Below are positions 38,620 to 51,878 of a DNA stretch of 64,000 nucleotides, one piece after another. A program made the position numbers and the translations under genes. Each line of letters opens with the position of its first letter. Position 1 is the first letter of the stretch. The notes beneath the pieces were generated by a model that saw only the letters and a list, made by a program, of their open reading frames with translations, ran no database searches and was not told the DNA's origin. Source of the stretch: Octopus sinensis (lineage: Eukaryota). The DNA lies in the NCBI RefSeq assembly GCF_006345805.1, contig NC_042998.1:58218001-58282000 (forward strand). Reading direction: 5' to 3'.

Positions 38620-40310
38620 GAGCAGTTAAAACAGGATCATGGCAAAAAGCCAGAGGATCAGAAGATTTGTGAACAGAAATAAGCAGTTGAGGAGAACAGA
38701 TTGTTCAAAAATAACCCGAAGCAATTCTTCCGAACGTTAGAAGGAGACAATGGGGGAAAATGTTGCTCCTGGTGCAAATCAAGCCTAGGAGTTCTGGAGC
38801 GGATTATGGGGGAACAATGTGGTGCATAAAAGGGATCCAATGTGGATAGGAACTATCAAGACAGAATTACAAGGAGGAAAGAAACGAAGGAATATTGTCA
38901 TAAGCACCAATTGACGTGAAAGAACAAGTGGGTAAAGTGCGTAACTGGAAAGCCCCCGGACCAAATGAGATTCGTGGCTTTTGGCTGAAGAAATGCCACA
39001 CGGTGCATGAAAGACTATCAGACCAATTGAATGAGTGTGTCCAGAAAGGTACAGACCTCACGTGGGTGGTGACAGGGAGGACAATACTTGTAATGAAAGA
39101 TAGAAGAAATGGGAATATTGTGGAAAACTACCGTCCCATAGCATGCTTAAACATAATCTGGATGATACTCACTGGAATATGCGCGGAAAGGACATACATT
39201 TTCCTGGTACAGGAAGAAATACTACCAAGGGAACAAAAAGGATGAAGGAAGAGTTCTCAGGGCACTAAGGATCACCTGGAAATCGATAAAACAGTTTTGA
39301 GGCCTTGTAAAAAGCATCATACAAACATGTCTTTGGCTTGGATTGATTTAAAGAAGGTATATAATATGATGCCTCATTCTTGGATCATTGAATGCCTGCA
39401 AATGTTTGCTGTTGCTGACAACATCACAAATTTTCAGATGCATAGCATGAAACAGTAGAAAACCGAATTGTACTCAAGTAATGTATTCCTTGGAGAAGTT
39501 AATATTAAAAGGGGCATCTTCCAAGGTGACTCATTTTCTCCGTTATGATTTGTAATTGCACTAATACCTATAACAATGACACTTAGGATAGTTAAGATGG
39601 GTTACCGACGTGGGGAGAAAGGTACATCACTGAATCATCTTCTGTTTATGAATGACCTAAAATTGTTTTGGAAATCTGAAAAACAGATAGATTCCTTAAC
39701 CAAAACAGTCCAGAAGTGTGGCAGGGATATCAGTATGGAATTTGGGATTGCCAAATACTCAGTACTTAATATAAAAAGAGGGAAGAAAGCAGCCTGCAGA
39801 GGAGTGCGGTTACCATCAGGGGAGACCATGGGTGAACCCGACGGTGATGGGTATAGGTATTTAGGGGATTTTGGAGCTGGATGACATTCTACACAGAGAA
39901 ATGAAAGTCAAGGTCAGCGAGGCGTATCAAACATGAGTGAAGATGGTGCTGAAATCCAATCTCAATACCAAAACTTTGATTACCGCAATGAATATATGGG
40001 CAGTTGCGCTGGTCAGATATAGTGCGTCCGTCCTCAAATGGACTAAGGAGGAAATATCAACACTGGCCAGAAGGAAAAAAAAGTTGATGACGCTGCATAG
40101 GGTGCTACGCCCTAAAGCAAACGTAAACAGACTGTATATGAAAAGAAAGAATGGCGGCAGAGGACTAATTAGTATTGACCGTTGTATAAGAAGTGAAAGG
40201 AGAGAGCTTGCCGAGTATTTGGTAAATAGTGATAAAAAACAGCTGAAATATGCCACAAAAGATTGCCCTTGCTACTCTTGGCCTCCGGAGGATGCTCGGG
40301 ACTAAGGCAG
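38620..40310 (+). mobile_element. R4/Dong-clade non-LTR retrotransposon RT relic
   Basis: NWKAPGPNEIRGFWLKK, NYRPIACL, GIFQGDSFSPL, NHLLFMNDLKLF and LHRVLRPKANVNRLYMKRKNGGRGLISI; multiple stops and frameshifts. Confidence 0.9.
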
Positions 40311-40361
40311 CTACAACAAAGTTATAATGAAAGGAAACCATAAATGATAATAATAATATTT

Positions 40362-40400
<39 letters not shown>

Positions 40401-40452
40401 TAATAATAATAATAAAAGAAGAGGAACAATAATAATAATAATAACAACAATT

Positions 40453-40513
<61 letters not shown>

Positions 40514-40515
<2 letters not shown>

Positions 40516-40993
40516 GAAAAAGAAAACGTCACAGAAAACGAAAAATCAATCATACTCTGGGATATGCCAATACACAGAGATAGAGAAATTAAGGCCAGAT
40601 ATAGTTGTCAGAGATCATGAAGAAAAAAATGCTTACTAATTGATGTATCAATACCAGCAGATGACAACGTTTCTCTAAAAGAAATGGAGAAACTTTCAAA
40701 ATACAAAGATCTAGAAATAGAGGTAACTCGAATGTGGAATCTAAAAACTGAAACAATTCCTATCATAATTTGCGCATTAGGTATGATAAAAAAAATAGTC
40801 AGGCAAATACATAACAAAACCACCAGGACTTACAAATATATATAGCATACAGAAAATTGCACTACTGGGCACTGCACACATCCAACACCAAACACTTTCA
40901 ATACAGAGCATCACAAGAAACCACAGCACATACCCAAGGCACACAGAGCTGTGCTCGGTAGTGAAGTGAAAGCACGATATAAAAATAAAACTA

Positions 40994-40998
<5 letters not shown>
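40514..40998 (+). mobile_element. 5'-truncated R4/Dong copy encoding the restriction-like endonuclease and 3' UTR, embedded in (AAT)n
   Basis: ENEKSIILWDMPI...RPDIVVRDHEEKKCLLIDVSIPADDNVSLKEMEKLSKYKDLEIEVTRMW (PD-D/E-x-K type); (AAT)n on both sides. Confidence 0.9.
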
Positions 40999-41055
<57 letters not shown>

Positions 41056-41063
41056 TAATAATG

Positions 41064-41116
<53 letters not shown>

Positions 41117-41319
41117 CCATTGTACTAAAGGCACAAGGACTGATTTTTTATTTTTGGCGGCAGGGGACTAGTCACTAATATCGACCCCAGTGATTCATCG
41201 GCCCCGAAAGGATAATAGGTAAAGTCGATCTCGGGGGAATTTGAACTCAGAACGTAAAGAAGACGAAAAGCCGCTAAGCATCTTGCCCGGCGTGCTAACA
41301 AATCTGTCAGCTCACCACC

Positions 41320-41373
<54 letters not shown>

Positions 41374-41381
41374 TAATAATA

Positions 41382-41466
<85 letters not shown>

Positions 41467-41473
41467 TGATGAT

Positions 41474-42022
41474 GATGCAGTACCAGGCAGTGGCTCTCAT
41501 GGCTTCTGATCTTAACTGATTGGAAGTGTTATCATGTACATTGTTTTGTCTTGGTATAAAAGATGGGCTACATCAAATATTCTGCTCAATACCACAGATT
41601 TGTTTGTCAGTTGTTTGACCTTAACCAGTTGAGCATGTCCCTTAGTGGTTGACGATATGTGCATCTCTGATCACGAGTAGAAGTAGTGAGGGAGCATCAT
41701 AGCCGTGTGTTGAGAGGGATTGTTTGGGGTTTGAATAATTCACCTCTGGAAACATGGGTGTTTCGTTCAACCTCCTTAAACAACCCTTATTCAGGGACCT
41801 TTCGAGTGGGATGGGTTACTGGACCTGAAGAAAATTCTAACTGGGCCCCACCTGCAAGGTCATGTGCTGTTTATCTTGATATGAGATCACCATGTCGCGC
41901 ACATATGGTTGTGATGCATGTGCCTAGTGTACCCTTATCAGACGGGTAGTCATGATGGGTATACTGGGCTTCGTATATTTTGCCCCAGTGTCACTTTGAT
42001 GGCATGCACTGCTCTCTCACCC
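41474..42022. mobile_element. ~500-550-bp non-coding repeat in AAT/GAT tracts; copies also at 44769-45326 and 46044-46521
   Basis: Three colinear copies from (AAATGCCCT)GATGCAGTACCAGGCAGTGGCTCTCATGGCTTCTGATCTTAACTG to CTCTCTCAC(C/T)CAATAATAAT. Confidence 0.85.
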
Positions 42023-42069
<47 letters not shown>

Positions 42070-42070
<1 letters not shown>

Positions 42071-42338
42071 CCTACCTAGCTCAATTACCAGAAAAACCCC
42101 AAAATGGCAGAAATTCAAAAGATACTGCTCATGAGAACTGCCCGTATCCTACGTAAAATACTGTCTATGTATTCTCAAATTTTAAAACAAACTTATGATT
42201 TTCTTATATTTTCATAAACATTCTTTAGAACAATTCTATGTGCAAAACCAAATATATGAGCTTCTAATTTGTCTCTTGAGGTCTCTGGGTGACACTTGGA
42301 GTCAACTCGTACAAATACAAAGCAAAAATCAAACATGT
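42070..42338 (+). mobile_element. 3' end of a second R4/Dong subfamily in (AAT)n
   Basis: Reads YLAQLPEKPKMAEIQKILLMRTARILRKILSM (cf. the QK..LLGTA.ILR C-terminus), with a 3' UTR different from 40514-40998. Confidence 0.7.
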
Positions 42339-45300
42339 AATAATAATAATAACAATAATAATGGTGATGATGATGATGGTTGTGGTGGTGGTAATGATAG
42401 TTTATAAGTTAGGTATAATGCCAAGCATTGGGATCGGTCTTACCGATCATATCGAAGCCCTAAACTCAACTGGCACTTATTTTATCGATTTTGAAAGGAT
42501 GAAAAGTTATTCGACCTCGGTGAGATTTGAGTAAAGCAATAAAAGCCACTAATCCAATCACACTCACGCATAGCTAAGTGGTTAGTGTTTTTCACTCAAG
42601 ATCTCGAGATCACGGTTTCAATTCCTAGACCGGGTGATGCGTTGTGTTCTTGAGCAAAACACTTCACCCCACGTTGTTCTACGATCACTTTAACAAATGA
42701 TGCGTGGTACAGAATGTCGATTTGATAGTGAGAGGGAGCTAATGTACAAAACATACGTCTTATCACCATAAACAAATCATTTGTGCTTGTCGTTCGGCAA
42801 AAGGTGAACGCTCATACGTCGTCTTCGACGATGAGTCTATCAATATGTATAATAATCACATACTTGTGATGGGAAGTATGATGGGTGTGACACTGAAAGC
42901 AATAATCGAAACATTATGTACGAAAAAGCCCATAAACAAATATATAAAAAAACACATTAAAAATAGAGTCAAAAATACCCGGTTTAGTCATACTTACGTC
43001 CTACACAATAAACTTTCAATCCAGTAGCTCGATTCACACAGTACATACCCTATAAAATTCCCATGGTTTACATAATCACCAGCCAAAACAAGAATACAAT
43101 ACTTCCTTTTACAAAATCGATATGTAGTATGTTATACAAGCCAAATTTTACACGATTACCACCCATTAATATAAAACAGCCAACAGAAATCACACAGCAC
43201 ATTCTCTACCCAATCAATACCCGACACTAAGCACGTAATACACATCAATAAATATAATAAGACGACAATCACACAAAATATCACGACTCACATTTCATAT
43301 TCATCTATCCTTGTTTATCGCGGTGTTTGTTTCCAAATAGAAACAGTGATATAAGAATCAGTGATAATTGAATCATATTCATGCACTTGTAAATGGAAGG
43401 AATCCTAGAGTCTTTGATACCAAACCCACGTGCCATAGCAGCCAAACCTCTACCGTCATGTTTTCGCAGATCATTACCTTTTCCTGTACAGAATACACTC
43501 GTCAGCATCGTTAGTTAGGATCAGGAGCCTTCGTATTTTTCTAACCACTGATCCTATGTTGTACATACGGGTGCATAAATCCATATAAAAAAAATATGCA
43601 GCCTCACTGCACGATTATGTAAACACAAGGGATACTCAGTGCATTCTGAGTAAACGAGTAACGTGGTGGTCGCCAGGGTGCGTTTTTCCGCTACATGTAG
43701 AATTTTCTATCGATCACTGACACTTATTATCACAAGTGAATTGGTGATAAGCGTAACACGGTTCAGCGATAAAAGAATCAATGATAAACGAGAATATAGG
43801 AAAGAAATGAAACGCCAGAAAGTACAAGTGAAATCGGAAACGACTAAAAGGCATAAAATTGTAGCATAGAAATACGGTTTCAAATTACCCAAAGTAAACG
43901 TTTCACATACCTCAAGTTTACAGATGTCCACCAAACCAGATGGTGAAGAAGAAATTCATAGAAAGCCAGTGAAAACGTGCTAATTATTTTTACTAACATT
44001 GGTGTGTCACTGAAGATTGTATCTTGGAATTGTTTGCACTACATGCACAGCAATACAAGAATTAATTCAATCCGTGCCTTTAATAAAGAGTAGTAAACTA
44101 AAATCAATGACTATATTCTTTTCAATGCTGAAATATAAAGAAGTCTTCAAGTTAACCGGAGACATGTGTCAATTGTCTCATGGAACCAATAATGTTCAAA
44201 TGCCTACTCATAACCCAAACTCTGCTTAGAGAACGAAATCCTAAGATTTCATTTCCTGTGAAATTAACAAAGAAAATGTCTTAGTCAATACGGAGACTCC
44301 TTGAGCTGACAACGAAATTTTTGTGCAGAAGCTCCATCTACTTAATTTAATCGTCATATCCTTCTTTCAATGAACATAACTACTGCACTGAGAAAAGCAT
44401 GAATTACTTAGAAGGTTTTAAATATGCAAGTTTTTAGTATAAAAGTAATGGGCCTAGGAGTTGAGTGTCTTCTTCCGTGGTGTTGGGTCAAAAAAAGAGA
44501 AATCGTGTGGAAGCTCACCGTACGTTTAAGTGCTTGTCCTTGTGAGATTCACTTACTCTGCCGTGCAGTGTAACACAACCACCTGACAGTGTCTTTGACG
44601 GAAATTGGTATATTGTATGTAGGTAGTCAATTCAGGACTTTAGTCTGAGGATGACTTCTCTTCGTTCAGCCAGTCTTGGAGACCTTGAAAAAAAGTCAAG
44701 TACTCTACCTCATCCGACTAAACCTCAATAAAAATAATAATAATGATGATGATGATGATGATGATGATAAATGCCCTGATGCAGTACTAGGCACTGGCTC
44801 TCATGGCTTCTGATCTTAACTGATTGGTAGTGTTATCATGTACATGTTTTGTCTAGGTATAAAGGATGGGCTACAGCAAATATTCTGCTCAATACCACAG
44901 ATTTGTTTGTCAGTTACTTGACCTCAACCAGTTGAGCATGTCCCTTTGTAGCTGACGATGTGTGCATCTCTGATCAGAAGTAGTGTGGGAGCATCATAGC
45001 CATGTATTGAGAGCAATTCCATGTATTGGAGTTTAAATACTTCACTACTGGAAAAAAAAGGTGTTCTGTTCATCCTTCTTGGACAAAACTGATTCAGGGA
45101 CCTTTTGAGCAGGATGCGCTACTCGACCTGAAGAAAATTCTAAGTGGACTCCATCTGCAAGGTCATGCGCTGTTTATCTTGATGCAAGGTCATTATGTCA
45201 CGCACATATGATTGTGATGCATGTGCCTGATGTACTCTTATCAGACGGGTAGTCATGATGGGTATACTGGGCTTCGTATATTTGTACACCAGTATCACTT

Positions 45301-45362
45301 TGATGGCATGTACTGCTCTCTCACTCAATAATAATAATAATAATAATATAATAATAATAATA

Positions 45363-45399
<37 letters not shown>

Positions 45400-46521
45400 T
45401 CGTTTCAAATTTTGGCACAAGGCTTGCAATTTCGCGGGAGGGATAAGTCGATTACATTGACCCCACTGTTCAACTGGTATTTATTTTATCGACCCCGGAA
45501 AGATAAAAGCCAAAGTCGGTGGCATTTGAACTCAGAACGTAAAGGCGGAGGAAATGCCGCTACGCTTTTTGTTCGACGGGCTAACATTTCTGCCAGCTCG
45601 CCGCCCTAAATAACAACCTCCACCACCACTGCCACCAACACAATAACAACAACGACGACGACAACAACAACAGCAACAACAACAGCAGCAGCAACAATAA
45701 TAATAATAACCCTTTCTTCTGTAGGCACAAGGCCTGAAATTTGGGGGAAGGGTTTAAGTCAGTTACAGCGATCCCAGTATGTAACTGGTACTTATTTAAC
45801 CGAAACCCGAAAGGATGAAAGGTAAAGTCGACCTCGGTGGAATTTGAATTCAAAACGCAGCAACGAGCGAACTACTGCAACGCATTTCGTCCCTCGCGCT
45901 ACCGATTCTGCCAGCCCGTCACCTTATGCAACAACCACCACCACAACACCAACAACGACATCAACAACAACAACAACAACAACAGCAACAATAATAATAA
46001 TAATAATAATAATAATTATTATTATTATTATTATTATTATTATAAATGCCCTGGTGCAGTACCAGACAGTGGCTCTCATGGCTTCTGATCTTAACTGACT
46101 GGAAATGTTATCATATACGTTGTTTTGTCAGGTATACATGTTGTCCCTAAGCGACTGATGATATGTGCATCTCTGATCACGAGCAGAAGTAGTGGAGAGC
46201 ATCATAGCAATGCGCTGAGAGGGATTCTTTGAGGTTTGGATAATTCACCTCTGGAAACATAGGTGTTTCGTTCAACATTTTTAAACAACCCTTATTCAGA
46301 GAGCTTCTGAGCAGGATGGGCTACTCGACCTGAAGAAAATTCTAACTGGGCCCCACCTGCAAGGTCATGCGCTGTCTATCTTGATATGAGATCACCATGT
46401 CGCGCACATATGGTTGTGATGCATAACCCTTACCTGACCCGGTATTCCTGATGGGTATATTGGGGTTATATATTTTACCTACCTCAGTGTCACTTTGATG
46501 GCATGTCATACTCTCTCACCC

Positions 46522-46566
<45 letters not shown>

Positions 46567-46591
46567 CATAATCATGATAATAATCATAATC

Positions 46592-46641
<50 letters not shown>

Positions 46642-46645
<4 letters not shown>

Positions 46646-47366
46646 GAATTGGACTGTATCCGAGTAAGTAATACTAATTGAAATTTATTACTATTTTCGA
46701 AACGAAATGATGTATTTTGACTCGATATCATCTCCACCTCTAACGCAACACATGTAAACATGCGTGGAACATCACGATCATCCCCGACCCCAAACACCAT
46801 GTACAAAGGAACTACGAAGAAATTAAATGCCTCCGATACTATTCAACCCAAGAATAACAATCGAGCGGTACGTACATTAAACTTACAACAAAAAATGTAC
46901 GAAAAACTACACGTGCGAAATAATGTGACAACAGAAATAAACGGACCGGTACCCTACGAAAATGACGACCGTCAAAATAATGGGCCGGACGTTGTACCTC
47001 ATGTCCCGCAAATAAAACCCAAAGACGTAAATGGACACGTGAGGAATACATTTCTATCTTACACGCATACTACACAGCAGTACTCTACCCAAAAAATGAA
47101 AATACAACAACACATACATATAAAATATGGAAGGAAAATAATAGAGATATAGACTTGGATACAGCAATGAACCCTAATAAATTAGCTAACGTACGAAGAT
47201 ACATTCTCAACACAAAAAAAATCACTACTAGGCACTGCACACATCCTACGCAGAACACTTTCCATACAATAACCATCAGAGCATCACAACAAATCACAGC
47301 ACATACCCAAGGCACACAGAGCTGCGCTCGGTAGTGAAGTGAAAGCACGCTATAAAAATAAAACTA

Positions 47367-47370
<4 letters not shown>
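46642..47370 (+). mobile_element. Element ending in the same Dong 3' end as 40514-40998, with a non-matching 5' part
   Basis: About 47215-47370 matches 40850-40998 (CTACT.GGCACTGCACACATCC...GTAGTGAAGTGAAAGCACG.TATAAAAATAAAACTACTGAATAAT); the whole block is bounded by (AAT)n. Confidence 0.7.
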
Positions 47371-47422
<52 letters not shown>

Positions 47423-47430
47423 TAATAATG

Positions 47431-47516
<86 letters not shown>

Positions 47517-49065
47517 CGAATAATCCCCTGGTGTTGAGTGACTGCGGCCTAACTCTTCGATTTATGATTTTCAAAGTATATTGATGACGAAGTAGAATTG
47601 GTTAAAGTCATTCGAGAGTGACAACAGTAACGGCTATGACAACAGTGACACTTATAAAGACGACAACATATCAACCTGTTAAGTTAAATATATCAAACTG
47701 TCAATCTAAATAATATTACTGGTAACACTGAGCTCATTTAACATTTGACTTAACAATATCCTTGTTGGTAAAATTGAAGTGGGTAACATTCAGCTTGGTA
47801 ACACTGGCATAGTAACATTAGTACATCTTTCTGCAATTAACTTTGATTGATAATTATGTAATTAACCTAACACAGACATCCTATGTGTAATTGAAAGTCA
47901 ATCATGAGATCTGGTTTGAAATGCTATTTATCTATCGCTTGATAAGAAAATGCTGAGTTGGCCTATTAAGAATATGCCATCCATCAATGTTTATCTGATG
48001 CTTTTCATTCAACAATGAAGCTTCTTGCAATGAAGAACTCATTAAGCAATGGTATTGATTAATTATTTTCTAATGAACAATACACTAAATCAGTAAATCT
48101 CGGGTCCATTTCATTCATCTGATAAGATCATTTTCATGAGGTATTGATCATTACTCATTTCTTGTCCCTGGAATTGCAACCACCCTAGTTTACTTCTAAT
48201 CCTAAATAAAGATCGATTTTTTTTTACCAAGCCACACAACCATCTTTTGTTAAAATTGATCAAATCTATTTCAGTATATTATTGGTCCAGAATTATATTG
48301 ATGGATAAACTCACAATCGAAATTAGATTCAGTAAAGTATTTCACTATAGTGTATAGCACTACATCTTACTAAACATCAATATATGAGAAGAATACACAA
48401 CCATGTTTGCTACAGTCTACCTTTATGACAAAATGTCATCCTGCAGAACTGAGTGTATAGCGTTTGAAAGGACATGGGTCGTTTTCTCAAACAAATGCTT
48501 CTGCAAAAACAATATTATCGAAATTTGCAACAGCTCATCCATTTTATTCTGGCGTGGAAAATGGATGTTAAACCAGAAAAGAGAACATTATATAATATAT
48601 ATTAACTAAACTAATAATTCTCAGACATCAACTCTCCACTGTAGAAGGAATCCCTTTTTTATAAAATTGAAAATTTTCTCTTTGACTTGGTAAATTTGTT
48701 TCATTAACGAAAAGCAGAAATATAATCTAGTTCATGACTATTTAATACTTAGAAGGTCTGGGACTTAGAAGATCTGTGAGCTGTTCAGTGGATACATCTC
48801 TTCTCTATGTCATCTTGAAAAGAACTTAGGCTCCCCTGCATAAACGAAAGAACAAAAATAGTGAAACAAACACAAGAAATAACAAGATAAATACCGGATT
48901 AAATCTTCACTTTACTCTTCGATAGAATTTCTCAATTATACACAACATTCAAGAGGCTGGTTTATTACAGACCCCCTCCACACTTTTGTTTTTGGCCAGG
49001 AGGAGGTTATCGAGCATTGCTTCGGTTGAGATTAAATAATATAAATATTGTCCTATTGTAAAAAC

Positions 49066-49099
49066 TAACCCTAACCCTAACCCTAACCCTAACCCTAAC
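49066..49099 (-). repeat. Short interstitial (TTAGGG)5 tract
   Basis: (TAACCC)5-TAAC seen directly on the + strand. Confidence 0.95.
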
Positions 49100-50566
49100 T
49101 TAACGGATGAAATCTCTGACAAAATTATATTTCTTAGTATACATTAAAATACAAATTCCTCTGAGAGTTACAAATGATAGTATCAATAGAATAGCAGACT
49201 TCCAGTCAGAGAAAGATTAATAATTCTGATTCAGGAATCACCAACACGCTGTGTCCATAAAGTATTGGCATTGTAGCCTATTTTCTCAACCCCCGCTGGC
49301 CAAGTCTTCGCAACAGTAAATTAAAGTTCATAATTGTTAGAGACATAGTTAGATAGAGCACAGAATAATTGAAGAAGTTTTCTCTGGTGTGAATTGATCT
49401 CTTCACGTCTGTAAAAGATGAGAATCGACTGTTGTCTATATTCTCCATGAAATTACTAGAAATTACTACATCGACATAGTTTTTCTCTCCGACATTAAGG
49501 TGATTTTAATTCCACTTTCTCAAATCCAAATCTGGGTGGTGGAAACTTCAGGAAATAAGTGCAGTATGATATGATTGCTTCTGATTTACGTACAAAGTCA
49601 GTAATTCCGGGGCGGGGGGAAGGATTGGTTAATGTCATCAACTCTAGAAATTTACTGGTACATTATTTTACAGACCCCCAGATATATGAGAATAATTGTC
49701 ATTATTATATAACATAATAATAACATATCTTATTCACTAATTTGTTACTATTAGTCAGCTGGAGGAAAATGAACGAGAATTCTCTATTCTTCAAATGTAT
49801 ACACGACGTGGCCATTACAAGCTATTTCCCAGCGATGTATTTATAACAAGGTAACCTCATGCGTATTTATATTAGTCCCACTGTTCAGAAAAAAAAGCAA
49901 AGATTATAAATAATAATGATTTTCTTTAGGCAAAACACTGTGCCAAGTCTTTTGCTGGGGGAAGACAAAATGTCTCTAATGTATATAAAACGGAGCCCAT
50001 TAGAATTCAACATCGGAACTAAAGATAAGACATTTTTGTTCAGCGCTAGTTCATTTCTGCCGATCCCACATATTTCAACAACCAATTACGTTTAGTAGTC
50101 TATTCCAATAAAATAAAGCTCTTGAAAGTTGCTAAGAGTCAGGAGATAAGAAGCAGGCTATTAGGTTGAAAGGTAGCTAGGTGAAAAGTAAAAGTACATG
50201 TTGCAAAATATATGCACGTACAACAACTGATTTGAATGTTATTCTACAGCCGAGGGGAATGTCCTTAGAATATACATTTTAGATACAACTTGCAATGCGA
50301 GACATTACCTTCAACTGCCGACAGGAGATGTCAACACCTTTTGGTAAGAGCACCGCTGGAGGTGGTGCTCTTACCAAAAGGCGTTGACAAGATTCAATAT
50401 TTTTATAACCGGGGAATGTTTAGGTTTCTTTGGCCCACAATGTTACTCACTTCATTTTTCCTTCTTGTTATTTACACACCCACCAACACGCCACAGCGGG
50501 ATTGGATAATAACTATTCCAACGACCCAGAAGCTATATTTTTTTTACTTCTTGCTGGGGATTTGTG

Positions 50567-50900
50567 AAGGCGCATGACTCAGTGGTTAGAGCGTCGAGCT
50601 TACGATCGTGAGGTTGTGAGTTCGATTCCCGGACTCGGCTGCGTGTTGTGTTCTTGAGCAAGAGACTTTATTTCACATTGTTCCAGTTAACTCAACTGTA
50701 GAAATGAGTTGCGACATTACTGGTGCCAAGCTGCATCGACCTTTACCTTTCCCTTGTTGGATAACATCAGTGGTGCGGAGAGGAGTGGCTGGTATACATA
50801 GGTGACTGCTGGCCTTCCATAAACAATCTTGTTCGAACTTGTGCCTCGGAGGATAACTTTCTAGGTGCAATCTCATGGGCAACCACGACAGAAGGGGGTT
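50567..50900 (+). mobile_element. tRNA-derived CORE-like SINE
   Basis: Head GGCGCATGACTCAGTGGTTAGAGCG...GAGTTCGATTCCCGG, then TGTGTTCTTGAGCAAG. Confidence 0.8.
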
Positions 50901-51217
50901 TCCTCCTCCTCCTATTCACACACCCACCAACACACCAAGCCGAGATTAGATAAAAACTATTCCAACGACGCAGAAACTATATTTTTTACTTCTTGCTGGG
51001 AATTTGTGCATCATTTTCTTTTTTCACCCCTTTGGGCTTTTTCGCAAATACTTGTATCATATTTGTGATGAAACATACTCTGTTGTTGGTCACTAGTGCA
51101 CTGATAGCCTTCCTAAGATCAATAATATTCAGTACCATTGCAAATAAATGTCATCTAATAACATTTTCCATTTCCACTAACAATTTCACGCACACACACA
51201 CACAGGCACACACACAC

Positions 51218-51263
<46 letters not shown>

Positions 51264-51805
51264 CTCATGTAATACATATATATATATGTAGATATTACAT
51301 ATATGTGAAGTGACAAATAAAGTAATATTCTCATCTCTACTCTTAATTTTATGTCTATTTCCAGGATAAACAGAAAAAGTTGTGGCATACGCCATATTAT
51401 GACAATGAAATCAAACTGAAACAACTTTATATCAAAATCTGCAAAAACCTACCTGCCTATGGATGCAAACTATACCAGGTGAAAGAAAATCTCAGAGGGA
51501 ATACGCAGAAAAAGGTAGTGTAATGTTTATTATATATATTTTGTAACCTATAGTCGGCGCAACTGCTTGCTTTATGCTTTTATTTTTATAAATAAGCATT
51601 CATGCTATTCATTTGTTTTTGTTATAAATCTGGTTTCTTTTCCACGATAACATCACAAGAAGCATGATAATCCAAAATATGCATGTCAACATTCACTGCT
51701 TTTTTTGTTTTCATCTACTTTGTTCTCAATGCGTGTTAACCTAATAGAAATCTATGCACGCAAATGCACGCACACTCACTCACACACATACACAGCAACA
51801 CAAAC

Positions 51806-51878
<73 letters not shown>

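Noticed and set aside
43305-43508. 67-aa minus-strand ORF with ordinary composition
   Set aside because: No recognisable motif or splice support.
44020-44330. LKIVSWNC motif suggesting an APE-endonuclease LINE relic
   Set aside because: Single short motif in heavily decayed sequence; too weak to annotate with boundaries.
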